From contig JABFRW010000023.1 in the NCBI GenBank assembly GCA_013140805.1, forward strand, positions 1 through 60,596: DNA of 60,596 bases, read 5' to 3'. The position numbers and the translations under genes are program-made. The first letter of the stretch is position 1; every line of letters starts with the position of its first letter. Under the pieces are notes generated by a model. It was not told the DNA's origin. It made no database searches and saw only the letters and a program-made list of their open reading frames with translations. Source of the DNA: Candidatus Eiseniibacteriota bacterium. Lineage in GTDB: Bacteria; Eisenbacteria; RBG-16-71-46. Below are positions 9,701 to 17,350 of this stretch, one piece after another.

Positions 9701-10211
9701 GACCGAGAACCTGCTCGGCACGCCGATTCCGGGTGAAGGCGCCGTCAGCGCCGCGCTGGTGCCGGTGAACGGCCTGCAGCGCGCGACCTGCTACGGCTGG
9801 CGCTCGCGAGTGCGTTCGCGTTCGCCCTACTGGCCTACCGAGCCGTGGCAGTCACCGCAGGCGAATGGCTGGTTCGAGACCGACTTCCGCAACTCGTCGA
9901 TGACGGTGGGCGTCGAGCCGGTCGCAATGGTGACGCAGATCGAGCTGGCCGCGCCGTCGCCTAATCCAACTCGCGAAACGTCTCGCATCGCGTTCGCGCT
10001 CCCCACCGCGGGCCGGGTGCGGCTCGCGGTCTACGACGTTCAGGGTCGCGAGGTCGCGCAGCTCGCCGACGGCCTGCTCGCGGCGGGACGTCACGAGATG
10101 ACGTGGAACGGACGCGATCGCGACGGGCGTGCGACCCGAGCCGGCGTTTACTTCTACCGGCTCGAGACCGGCGGAAGGATCATGACGCAGCGTGCGGTGC
10201 GACTCGACTGA
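6711..10211 (+). CDS. secreted FG-GAP (integrin-alpha-like) repeat protein with FlgD/T9SS-like C-terminal domain
   Basis: More than 12 copies of the GDVNGDGxxDxxVGAP calcium-binding FG-GAP motif. Signal peptide from the ATG at 6711 (MRVPRAALTLLGVSLLLPVLAAAGS). C-terminal ~80 aa: NPTRETSRIAFALPTAGRVRLAVYDVQGREV...GVYFYRLETGG. Confidence 0.85.
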   Translation: MRVPRAALTLLGVSLLLPVLAAAGSPDAARLDAFLNGFSSRTTPAPDGRSVVLSQPNTPQVTAFAHTLVSGWPRESNVALRRFGLRVCTAGDVNGDGWSDVLTYGGKDVLPADGQLALYLGTGSGTSTTPIWVRTGIPINLEIAPAGDVNNDGLADIVIGQPTALSGSIQIMYGRGWGLDTVNITVVARSINGFGGAVAPAGDVNGDGFDDVIVGAPSGVRPGSACAVVAGYAEVLFGSGTGLDGSNRWWVNGCDLNYPAASQLGAAVASAGDVNADGFGDVAVGIPGYQQGHVVIWYGSGTADGLPQPPSSTFSFLVGDESGARFGAALAPAGDVNADGYADLLVGAPNHDSGGDPDRGAAYLYPGTSTTLSTTAFWAAGGPSPIGGNNAHFGAAVASAGDVNGDGLGDVIIGAPNYSNGQSNEGAWVVYTSLGFTMASDLGAVESGEVGAQLGTSVCTAGDSDGDGFGDWIVSAPYHSNGQAEEGQVFVWRGGADLLAAAPWFTYSTFQSGASYGWSVASAGDVNGDGYDDIIVGAPFFTNTLNAEGGAFVVRGGPTGPLGVVDWQAYGGQASAQLGVCVSKAGDVNGDGYDDIIAGADQYDGTGTAWVYYGSSSGLTGSPHPRTQLFGSGDPGAHFGNRVAAAGDVNGDGFADVIVGAVLENHGENDEGRAYVFLGSAAGIQTTPQLTLEGNQESGQFGGSVASAGDVNGDGYSDIVIGAPQFDSPIGPFFLVDSGQAWVFPGTASGVSSTPLRVYLGDDDFGSLGSAVSSAGDVNRDGLSDVVIGAYGRNNCGAVFVFPGVPGSISATPYFTFQSSEVGSAFGSAVSTAGDMNGDGYSDIVVGAVFADNLGPQDQGTASVFLGGPLTMSGPVTRSGGESFANFGGSVAGGMDMNGDGFGDLLIGAPGDDVFGFNDGTATGFLGSTTAITRRIVLLNGGVTEVLPSQGMNDNTNRVYLYHRLRSAGGRLRVRMEWRLNPTATLAANASVLSGLTTENLLGTPIPGEGAVSAALVPVNGLQRATCYGWRSRVRSRSPYWPTEPWQSPQANGWFETDFRNSSMTVGVEPVAMVTQIELAAPSPNPTRETSRIAFALPTAGRVRLAVYDVQGREVAQLADGLLAAGRHEMTWNGRDRDGRATRAGVYFYRLETGGRIMTQRAVRLD

Positions 10212-10236
10212 CGCGATCGCGCACCGCTCAGGCACC

Positions 10237-10645
10237 TCAAGATCGGGCCGGCATCGCCGCCGGCCCGATCTTCGCGAGCAGTGCGCGGAACCGCGGCGCG
10301 TTTCGCAGCACGTCGAACGCGGGCTCGCGCCCCAGCAACGGCATCCACCTCACACGCTCTTCGTAGGCGCGCTCGAGCAAGTCGAGCGCCCGGTCGGGTT
10401 CGTTGAGGTGCGCGTGCGCCATCGCGAGTCCCATCGGCCATACGAAGTCGGTGCGATCCGGACGCTCGAGCTCGGCGAGCAGCGCTCGCGCCTGGCCGTG
10501 CGATGCCGGCGCTCCTGAGCCCCGCTCTCGCCGCCTCGCTCAGCGCGCGCGCGATTCCGAAGTCGGTCACCAGCGCGTGGCCGTCGTGGTGGAGGATGTT
10601 CCCGGGCTTGATGTCGCGAGGCGCGATGCCGCGCTGGCGTGGTTG
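10237..10645 (-). pseudogene. Ser/Thr protein kinase remnant: catalytic-loop fragment fused out of frame to a C-terminal TPR tail
   Basis: One frame reads QRGIAPRDIKPGNILHHDGHALVTDFGIARAL (HRD-loop to DFG region, with HRD mutated to PRD). A second frame reads SHGQARALLAELERPDRTDFVWPMGLAMAHAHLNEPDRALDLLERAYEE...ALLAKIG (TPR end). There is no N-lobe, no P-loop and no activation segment to subdomain XI. Confidence 0.6.
10239..10272. terminator. perfect 14-bp stem hairpin between convergent genes (putative bidirectional terminator)
   Basis: aagatcgggccggc-atcgcc-gccggcccgatctt, read directly. It begins 28 nt after the FG-GAP stop. There is no clear U-tract, which is common in high-GC genomes. 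Confidence 0.5.
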
Positions 10646-10731
10646 TTGCGAAGTACCTCGAGCGGCGGACCGAGTCGACCGCGAACATCGGTCCAAATCA
10701 AGCAATTCTCGGCGGAAAGGGGAAAATCCCA

Positions 10732-11241
10732 ATGCCTCTGCTCGCACAAATCTGCATTCTGATTGTAACTGTTGCTCTGGTCGCGGTCGCGGTGGTCTCG
10801 ATCCGTCTGATGCTTCAGACCAAGGCGTTGATCGAGAACGCCAATGTCTCGCTCGGGAAGCTGCCCGCGCTGCTCGAAGACGTTCAGCGAACGTCAGACC
10901 GGGCGGATGAACTGCTCCACGCCTTCTCCCGAATCACTCGCTCGGCCGAATCCGGGGTGTCGGCGGTCGAGCAGCTCACGAATCGCGCCACGGGCCTGGC
11001 CAGCAGTCTGCTCGACGAGGTCGAACGCCCGATCGCGCAGACGGTCGGAATCATGCGCGGCATTCGCGCCGGCGCTCAGTTTCTGATGCAGCGATGGCAG
11101 ACGCGTGGCCGCAACGGCTCAAACACCATTCAAGGAGACGAGTATGTCGGAGAACAAAGGTGGCTCGATGATGGTGGGGTTCCTGCTCGGCGCAGCAGTG
11201 GGCGCCGGTTTGGCTCTGATGCTCGCGCCGATGGCCGGTGA
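10732..11241 (+). CDS. DUF948-domain protein (YtxG-like), N-terminal TM anchor
   Basis: ATG at 10732 preceded by aaagggga. TM helix (LLAQICILIVTVALVAVAVV) then a helical region. Its position directly before a YtxH-like gene mirrors the Bacillus ytxG-ytxH arrangement. The 3' end overlaps the next gene by 98 nt, so the end is uncertain. Confidence 0.55.
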   Translation: MPLLAQICILIVTVALVAVAVVSIRLMLQTKALIENANVSLGKLPALLEDVQRTSDRADELLHAFSRITRSAESGVSAVEQLTNRATGLASSLLDEVERPIAQTVGIMRGIRAGAQFLMQRWQTRGRNGSNTIQGDEYVGEQRWLDDGGVPARRSSGRRFGSDARADGR

Positions 11242-11407
11242 GGAGACGCGTCGCCATCTCGGCGAAGCGGCCCGCAAGCTGAAGGACGGGGCCAAAGATC
11301 GGGTGGACGACATCAAGCACATGGTCAAGGACCGTGCCGAGGAAGTCGGCGGCGCGATCGACGCCGGCAAGGACGCGTTCCGAGGAGCGGTCCGAGAGCA
11401 CGTCTGA
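11144..11407 (+). CDS. YtxH-domain protein
   Basis: AAGGAG lies 6 nt upstream of the ATG at 11144. The product MSENKGGSMMVGFLLGAAVGAGLALMLAPMAGEETRRHL has the typical YtxH N-terminus. Confidence 0.75.
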   Translation: MSENKGGSMMVGFLLGAAVGAGLALMLAPMAGEETRRHLGEAARKLKDGAKDRVDDIKHMVKDRAEEVGGAIDAGKDAFRGAVREHV

Positions 11408-11414
11408 TTCGACT

Positions 11415-11446
11415 CGCACCCGGCAACGCGTATCTTGCCGGGTGCG
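11415..11446 (+). terminator. 12-bp perfect stem hairpin after the YtxH gene
   Basis: cgcacccggcaa-cgcgtatc-ttgccgggtgcg, 8 nt after the stop codon. No U-tract. Confidence 0.45.
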
Positions 11447-11479
11447 AAGCGGTCCCACCCTGGTCCGGAAGACGATCTC

Positions 11480-12160
11480 GTGATCCCCTGGGTTCGACTC
11501 GGTGAAGCGATCGTGCCGGGGCAGGCCGACCCCATGATCCTCGAGCGCCGCGGTGACGAGTACGTCATCCGTGTCGGTTCGCGCGCACTCATGGGCAGTC
11601 GCGCACATGGATCCGAAGCCGCACTCGCCGAATGGACATGCGTACGAATCGCGGATCACCCGGACCCGCGGGTGCTGATCGGTGGCCTGGGAATGGGCTT
11701 CACGCTCGCGGCCGCACTTCGTCACCTACCTGCCACGGCCCGAGTCGTGGTCGCCGAACTGGTGCCCGCGGTCGTCGACTGGAATCGCGGTGCCCTGGCG
11801 CATCTGGCGGATCGGCCGCTCGACGATCCGCGAGTCGAGGTGTTCGTGGGCGACGTCGCCGAGCCCATGCGCTCCGGACGATCCGGACTGGATGCGATTC
11901 TGCTGGATGTGGACAATGGTCCGACTGGTCTCACCCGAAGCGCGAACGATGCGCTCTATTCATTGACGGGGCTGCGTGTTGCGTTCGACGCGCTCAAGTC
12001 GGGAGGAGTCCTCGGCGTGTGGTCGGTGCAGGGTGATCCCGGCTTCACGCAGCGCCTCGAGGCGGCGGGCTTCCAAGTCGAGGAGCGATCGGTGCGCGCC
12101 CGTGTCACGCGGGGCGGCCGACACACGAGCTGGCTTGCGACACGGACCAGATTTCGCTGA
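11480..12160 (+). CDS. spermidine-synthase-like class I SAM-dependent methyltransferase/aminopropyltransferase fold protein
   Basis: VLIGGLGMGFTL (GxGxG) and ILLDVDNGP motifs. The GTG at 11480 was chosen because the track start at 11435 lies inside the terminator hairpin, so the start remains uncertain. Confidence 0.65.
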   Translation: MIPWVRLGEAIVPGQADPMILERRGDEYVIRVGSRALMGSRAHGSEAALAEWTCVRIADHPDPRVLIGGLGMGFTLAAALRHLPATARVVVAELVPAVVDWNRGALAHLADRPLDDPRVEVFVGDVAEPMRSGRSGLDAILLDVDNGPTGLTRSANDALYSLTGLRVAFDALKSGGVLGVWSVQGDPGFTQRLEAAGFQVEERSVRARVTRGGRHTSWLATRTRFR

Positions 12161-12287
12161 CCCGAGGCCCCGAAGCGGCCGAAACCCCGGGTGAACTCCG
12201 TGCATTCGCGTCGGCCCTTTGGCCGCGGATGTCGCGCCCCTCGGCGCCCCCCGGCGAGCGTTGTGATCGCTGGTTGCGAGTCTCGAC

Positions 12288-14984
12288 ATGCCGAACACAT
12301 GGGCTCCATTCGCGGCACGATCGCGCGCCGCGTGGGTGCTGCTTGCTGCACTCCTCGCTTCGGCTCCGCCGGCGCGTGCGGCCGTTCGCTGTCCGCCCGA
12401 GGTCGGCGACCTGGTCGATGCCGGATGGCGGGCGTATCGAGCGGACTCGATGGCGGTCGCGGCGGCCCGGTTCCAGCGCGCCGATCGGAAGTGCCCGCAC
12501 GGTCTCGACGCGCGCGTCGGGCTCGGCTATGCGTGGCTGCGACTCGGTGTGCCGGCGCGCGCCGAATCGCTGCTCCGACCTGTCGTCGCCGCTGACTCGA
12601 ACTACGTCGACGCCTGGCAGGGACTCATGCACGCCGCGAGGCGCAATGGACACGATGCGCTGGCTCTGAGAGCGGCGCGCCGCGTGCGAGTACTCGCGCC
12701 CACCGATGCAGACGCGAGAGCGATCCTCGATGCTCTGAGCCCCCACTGGGATCTCGCTCCGCGCGTGGCGCGCGCTCGACCGGCGCAGCTCGTCACTCAA
12801 GCGCGAACGCACGGTGAGCACTTCGAGGTCCCGACCGCCGCCGGCTGGCAGTTGTTCTACATCAACGGCATCAATCTGGGCGTGGCGCTCCCGGGAAGAT
12901 TTCCCGCCGAGTTCCCGACCGACTCGCTCGTCTACGCCGGATGGCTCGATCGCATCGCCGGCATGAACGCGAACACCGTGCGCCTCTACACCATTCTGCC
13001 GCCCGCGTTCTACCGCGCGCTGGCGGGGTGGAACCACGCGCACCCGAGTCGCGCGCTGTGGCTGATCCACGGCGTGTGGGCCGAGCTGCCCGAGGGCGAC
13101 GACTTCGACGACCCCAGGTGGAAGGCCGCGTTTCGCGACGAGATGCGCGACGTGCTGGGCGCCATTCACGGTGACGCGGACATCCGCCCGAGTCCCGGAC
13201 ACGCGCGGGGTCGTTACGATGCCGACGTCTCCACTTGGACGCTGGCGTACGTCATCGGGCGCGAATGGGAGCCGTTCTCGGTCGCGGCGTTCGAGGCCCT
13301 CTCTCACCGTGAGCGTCGCTACGACGGCCGCTATCTCGAGATGGCCGACGGTTCGGCGATGGAAGCGTGGACCGCCGAGCAGTGCGACTGGATGCTCACG
13401 ACCGAGGTCGAGCGCTACCACACGATTCGTCCGATCGCTTACACCAACTGGCCGACCCTCGATCCGCTCCACCACCCGACCGAGGCGACAACGCCCGAAG
13501 AGCGCGAGTGGCGCACCCGGGTCGGCCGCCCGATCGAGTATCAGAAGCTCGAATACGACAACGACGTCGTGAGCCTCGATGCGTTGCGCGTTCGGCCAAC
13601 CGCCGCGAATCCTGCCGGCTGGTTCGCGAGCTATCACGCGTATCCCTACTACCCGGACTTCATGATTCACGAGCCGGATTACGGTCGCGCGCACTCGAGC
13701 GAAGGACCGTCGAACTACTTCGGCTACCTCACTGCGCTGCGGCGCCACCTCGCCGGGATCCCGCTTCTAATCGCCGAGTACGGCGTGCCGTCGAGTCGCG
13801 GGCTCGCGCACCAGCAGCCTCAAGGGTGGTCGCACGGCGGGCACGACGAAGTCGCGATGGCAGAGATCGACGCGCGACTGACGCGCGAGATCCGCGAGAG
13901 CGGCTGCGCGGGCGGCATCCTGTTCGCGTGGATCGATGAGTGGTTCAAGAAGAACTGGGCGGTGATCGATCTGGAGCTGCCCGGGGATCACACCCCGCGC
14001 TGGCACAACCGCATGGACGCCGAGCAGAACTACGGCGTGCTCGCCATGATCGCGGGGCCCGCCGACGGGCCGTCACTCGGCGGCGACGTGTCGCGCTGGC
14101 TCGCGCTCCCGACCGTTGCGAGCGGACCCACCGGCGCCACCGCCGCGCAGCCGTCATCGCTCGGCGTGGGGAGCGATGCATCGAATCTCTACCTGGCGAT
14201 CGAACTGCCCGGCCTTCGCGGCCGCGCGTTTCCGTGGGACTCACTCGGCGTTCAGATCGCGCTCGATACCTACCAGCCCGACTCGGGCCAGCATGCGCTG
14301 CCCGGGCTTCCAGTCACGAGCGATCTGGGATTCGAGTTCCTCGTGCAGTTGAACGGCCACGAGGACGCGCGGCTGCTCGTCACACCCGACTACAACCCGT
14401 ATCTGGGACCAGCCGCGATTCGCGAGGGCGACGACCTGGGCGGCTTCTACCATCGGCCGGCGGTGACGGGGAATCGCGCCGACGGGCAGTTCGACGCGAT
14501 GCACCTGATCGTCAATCGCGCGCGCTTCGGTCGCGACGGCCGCTTCTTCCCCGCCCAGACCTGGGAACGCGGGCGCCTGCGATTCGGCCGCGAGGATCAG
14601 TCGACGCTCTCGGACTGGTACTACGATGCGAGCGCAGGAGTGCTCGAGATCCAGATCGCGTGGGCGTTGCTCAACGTGACCGATCCCTCGAGCGCCACGG
14701 TGCTCGATGATCATCGCGCGCAAGGAGCCGACTTCGGCACCTCCCACACCGAAGGCTTCCACATCGGCGTCGTCACCCGGCTCAAGCATTCGGGGCAAGT
14801 CGCGGGGAGTCTGCCACCGCTCGGTGCCGAGGCTCGCTGGCGGCGCGACGACTTCCGCACCTGGACTTGGAAGCCGTGGAGCGAGCCGGTCTTTCACGCG
14901 CGTCTCAAGCCCGTCTACGACTCGATGAAGGCGGTGTGGAGCAGCGCAGGACCGACGCTCGGCACTCGCGACGGACCGCCATGA
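12288..14984 (+). CDS. secreted TPR + TIM-barrel glycoside-hydrolase-like protein (exopolysaccharide-modifying candidate)
   Basis: Signal peptide (AAWVLLAALLASAPPARA), N-terminal TPR-like repeats, then INGINLGVALPG...NANTVRLYT...REWEP, resembling a glycosidase (beta/alpha)8 core. First gene of a 4-gene operon that ends in a GT2 synthase. Confidence 0.55.
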   Translation: MPNTWAPFAARSRAAWVLLAALLASAPPARAAVRCPPEVGDLVDAGWRAYRADSMAVAAARFQRADRKCPHGLDARVGLGYAWLRLGVPARAESLLRPVVAADSNYVDAWQGLMHAARRNGHDALALRAARRVRVLAPTDADARAILDALSPHWDLAPRVARARPAQLVTQARTHGEHFEVPTAAGWQLFYINGINLGVALPGRFPAEFPTDSLVYAGWLDRIAGMNANTVRLYTILPPAFYRALAGWNHAHPSRALWLIHGVWAELPEGDDFDDPRWKAAFRDEMRDVLGAIHGDADIRPSPGHARGRYDADVSTWTLAYVIGREWEPFSVAAFEALSHRERRYDGRYLEMADGSAMEAWTAEQCDWMLTTEVERYHTIRPIAYTNWPTLDPLHHPTEATTPEEREWRTRVGRPIEYQKLEYDNDVVSLDALRVRPTAANPAGWFASYHAYPYYPDFMIHEPDYGRAHSSEGPSNYFGYLTALRRHLAGIPLLIAEYGVPSSRGLAHQQPQGWSHGGHDEVAMAEIDARLTREIRESGCAGGILFAWIDEWFKKNWAVIDLELPGDHTPRWHNRMDAEQNYGVLAMIAGPADGPSLGGDVSRWLALPTVASGPTGATAAQPSSLGVGSDASNLYLAIELPGLRGRAFPWDSLGVQIALDTYQPDSGQHALPGLPVTSDLGFEFLVQLNGHEDARLLVTPDYNPYLGPAAIREGDDLGGFYHRPAVTGNRADGQFDAMHLIVNRARFGRDGRFFPAQTWERGRLRFGREDQSTLSDWYYDASAGVLEIQIAWALLNVTDPSSATVLDDHRAQGADFGTSHTEGFHIGVVTRLKHSGQVAGSLPPLGAEARWRRDDFRTWTWKPWSEPVFHARLKPVYDSMKAVWSSAGPTLGTRDGPP

Positions 14985-16231
14985 GCGTGCTCGATCTGCT
15001 GGTGATCACGCTGCTCGCCACCGAGCCCGCCGCGCAGCTCGCACGCGCGGACTCGGCCTACTTCGCCGGGCAGGACGAAGCGGCGCGCAGAGCCTACCGC
15101 GAAGTGCTGGCCCGCGACCCGCGTTCGGTGCGCGCGAATCATCGCCTGGGGTTGCTGCTCTCGAGGGTGGGCCGGCTCGACTCGGCGCTGGTGCTGATCG
15201 CACGGGCGCGCGAGCTCGAGCCACGAGACCCCGGGCTGCTGCTCGACGAGGCGCGCCTGCTCGGGTGGGCCGGGCGACTGAACGCGTCGATCGCCGACTA
15301 CCACACCTTGCTCTCGCTCGATCCCGACGACTCCGATGCGCGGCAGGGACTCGAGCGTGCGCAGCACGCCCAGCGTCCCAGGGTCGAGCTCGACTACAGC
15401 GTGAGTGAGGACTCGGACCACAACGTGAACGGATCACGAACCGTCACGACCTCGTTCGCGATCGCCGACGGAGTGCGCGGGTTGCTCTCGGGTGGCTCGC
15501 TCGCCGCCAGCGATCCCGCTCGCGACGCCAGCCGCACGTTCGGCGAAGCCGGCCTCGAGGCGGCCCGCGGCCGTGCTCAACTCACGCTGGCAGGCGGTAC
15601 GCGCTGGCTCGATCCCGCGGGCGCCGCCTCTCGGTCTCTCTCGACCTACCGCGCTTCGATGAACGTTCGGGCGTCTCGGCAGCTGAGCGTCGGGGCAGGA
15701 TTCGCGCATTCGCCACTCGATGAAACCGCGGCACTGATCGGAAGCGGACTCGAAGTCGACGAACTGAACGCAAGCATCGATGCCGAGCCCGGTGCCCGGC
15801 TCTCGTTGAGCGCCGGAGGCGGCGCGGCGTGGCTGAGCGACGGCAACCGTCGCACCTCGGTGCTGATCGCGGTCATGCATCCGCTCGCGCGACTGGGTTC
15901 CTTCGGGGTGCTCGGCCGAGTGCTGGCCTACGAGCGAAGCGGCGTCGGGTACTTCTCCCCTGACCGTTTCGCGCTCGCCGAGGCGCGGACCGTGCTGGCG
16001 CATTCGCGAGGTGCCTGGACCGGCCGATTGAATGCGAGCGTCGGTTCCCAGCAGGTTGGCGCAGAGGCTGCGACACAACTGGCGTGGCGCGTGACCGGCG
16101 ATGTGCAGTGTGCCTGGGCCCCGCTTCACCGCATCGTGGCATCGGTCGGCGCGTCGAACAGTGCCGCCAGCTCCACCACCGGCGCCTACCGCTACCTGAC
16201 CGCGGCGCTCGGGCTGCGGTTGGGACTCTAG
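14981..16231 (+). CDS. TPR + predicted outer-membrane beta-barrel export protein (PgaA/BcsC/NfrA-like role)
   Basis: ATGA overlap with the upstream gene. N-terminal TPRs (AYREVLARDPRSVRANHRLGLLL...). The C-terminal half is rich in alternating beta-strand-like segments and ends LTAALGLRLGL. Confidence 0.5.
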   Translation: MSVLDLLVITLLATEPAAQLARADSAYFAGQDEAARRAYREVLARDPRSVRANHRLGLLLSRVGRLDSALVLIARARELEPRDPGLLLDEARLLGWAGRLNASIADYHTLLSLDPDDSDARQGLERAQHAQRPRVELDYSVSEDSDHNVNGSRTVTTSFAIADGVRGLLSGGSLAASDPARDASRTFGEAGLEAARGRAQLTLAGGTRWLDPAGAASRSLSTYRASMNVRASRQLSVGAGFAHSPLDETAALIGSGLEVDELNASIDAEPGARLSLSAGGGAAWLSDGNRRTSVLIAVMHPLARLGSFGVLGRVLAYERSGVGYFSPDRFALAEARTVLAHSRGAWTGRLNASVGSQQVGAEAATQLAWRVTGDVQCAWAPLHRIVASVGASNSAASSTTGAYRYLTAALGLRLGL

Positions 16232-16255
16232 CGCGACCGCGAAGGATCGAGTCCC

Positions 16256-17350
16256 ATGGAATTCAGTGGCGCCGCGCGGCTGCTGACCATCGGACTCGCG
16301 GTGTTGTGCGCGCTGACGGTGGCGCTCGCGTGTGCGCTTCTGCTGTGGCATCGCTGGTCCTCGCGGCGCGAGGCGCGCCGCGCGTCCGAGAGCCATGCGC
16401 TGGCGCTTCAGTTCGCTCGCCTTCTCACCGGTCGGATCGACGCCGAAGCGCTGCGACCGATCGCGGCGCAGGCACGACCCGAGGTGTTCTGGGCGGCACT
16501 CGAGACGTTTGCCGACAGCGTGGCGGGCGACGAGTGGACGAACCTGTCCGAGGCGCTGTGCGGCCTCGAACACGTGGCACGCGAACGCCATCGGCTGGCG
16601 AGCGGGCGGACGTGGGCGCGCTCGCTGGCGGCCCGCCATCTGGGAATGCTCGACGCCCCGGCGAACCGCGAGCCGCTGCGCCGCGCCATGGTCGCAGGGC
16701 CCTCGACCGTGACGCTCATGGCGGCCCTCGCCCTGGCTCGCATTCACGATCACGCGGCACTGGTGTGGCTCCTCGATCACGCGGAGACACTCGCGCCGCT
16801 GAGCCGCCACCAGCTGGTGGCGCTCATCAAGCGCTTCGGCCCTGAGAGTTTGCCGACCTTGCGCTTCGGCCTCGCCGCCGCCGACTTCGAACGCCCGAGC
16901 GGTCTGGCCGCGGTGGATGTGCTCGGACTGTGGCGTGATGTCGAGTCGCGCGAAGCCCTCGAAGCGCTTCTGAGCTCGGGCGGGCTCGAAGCCCGGATCG
17001 CGGCCGCACGTGCGCTCGGAAGCCTGGCTGCGCCCGAGTCGGTCGGGCCGTTGTGCGCAGCACTCAGGGACGCGGCCTGGCAGGTGCGCGCTCAGGCGGC
17101 GCGGGCGCTGGGCGGGCACGGTGTGAGCGAGGCGGTCGCCGCACTCGCCCCGTGCCTCAACGACCATTCGTGGTGGGTGCGCCGCAACGCCGCGTACGCC
17201 ATGGGCAGTCTGGGTGCAACCGGACGCGCGCAACTCGACCTGATTGCCACGCTGAGCGGTGACGCGTATGCGCGTGGCGCTGCGAGCGAAGTGCTTCAGG
17301 CACTCGAGTGGGACGTCGAGAGTCCTGGCGGAGTCAGCCGTGTGGGGTGA
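16256..17350 (+). CDS. membrane-anchored HEAT-repeat protein
   Basis: N-terminal TM (LLTIGLAVLCALTVALACALLLW). Repeated PBS-lyase/HEAT-like units (ARIAAARALGSL, WQVRAQAARALG, WWVRRNAAYAMGSLG). Confidence 0.7.
   Translation: MEFSGAARLLTIGLAVLCALTVALACALLLWHRWSSRREARRASESHALALQFARLLTGRIDAEALRPIAAQARPEVFWAALETFADSVAGDEWTNLSEALCGLEHVARERHRLASGRTWARSLAARHLGMLDAPANREPLRRAMVAGPSTVTLMAALALARIHDHAALVWLLDHAETLAPLSRHQLVALIKRFGPESLPTLRFGLAAADFERPSGLAAVDVLGLWRDVESREALEALLSSGGLEARIAAARALGSLAAPESVGPLCAALRDAAWQVRAQAARALGGHGVSEAVAALAPCLNDHSWWVRRNAAYAMGSLGATGRAQLDLIATLSGDAYARGAASEVLQALEWDVESPGGVSRVG

Noticed and set aside
12105-17233. Long minus-strand ORFs 12105..13748 (547 aa) and 15434..17233 (599 aa)
   Set aside because: Both are antisense to the EPS operon genes, which have signal peptides, TPR/HEAT repeats and coupled starts. 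Neither ORF has a recognisable domain.
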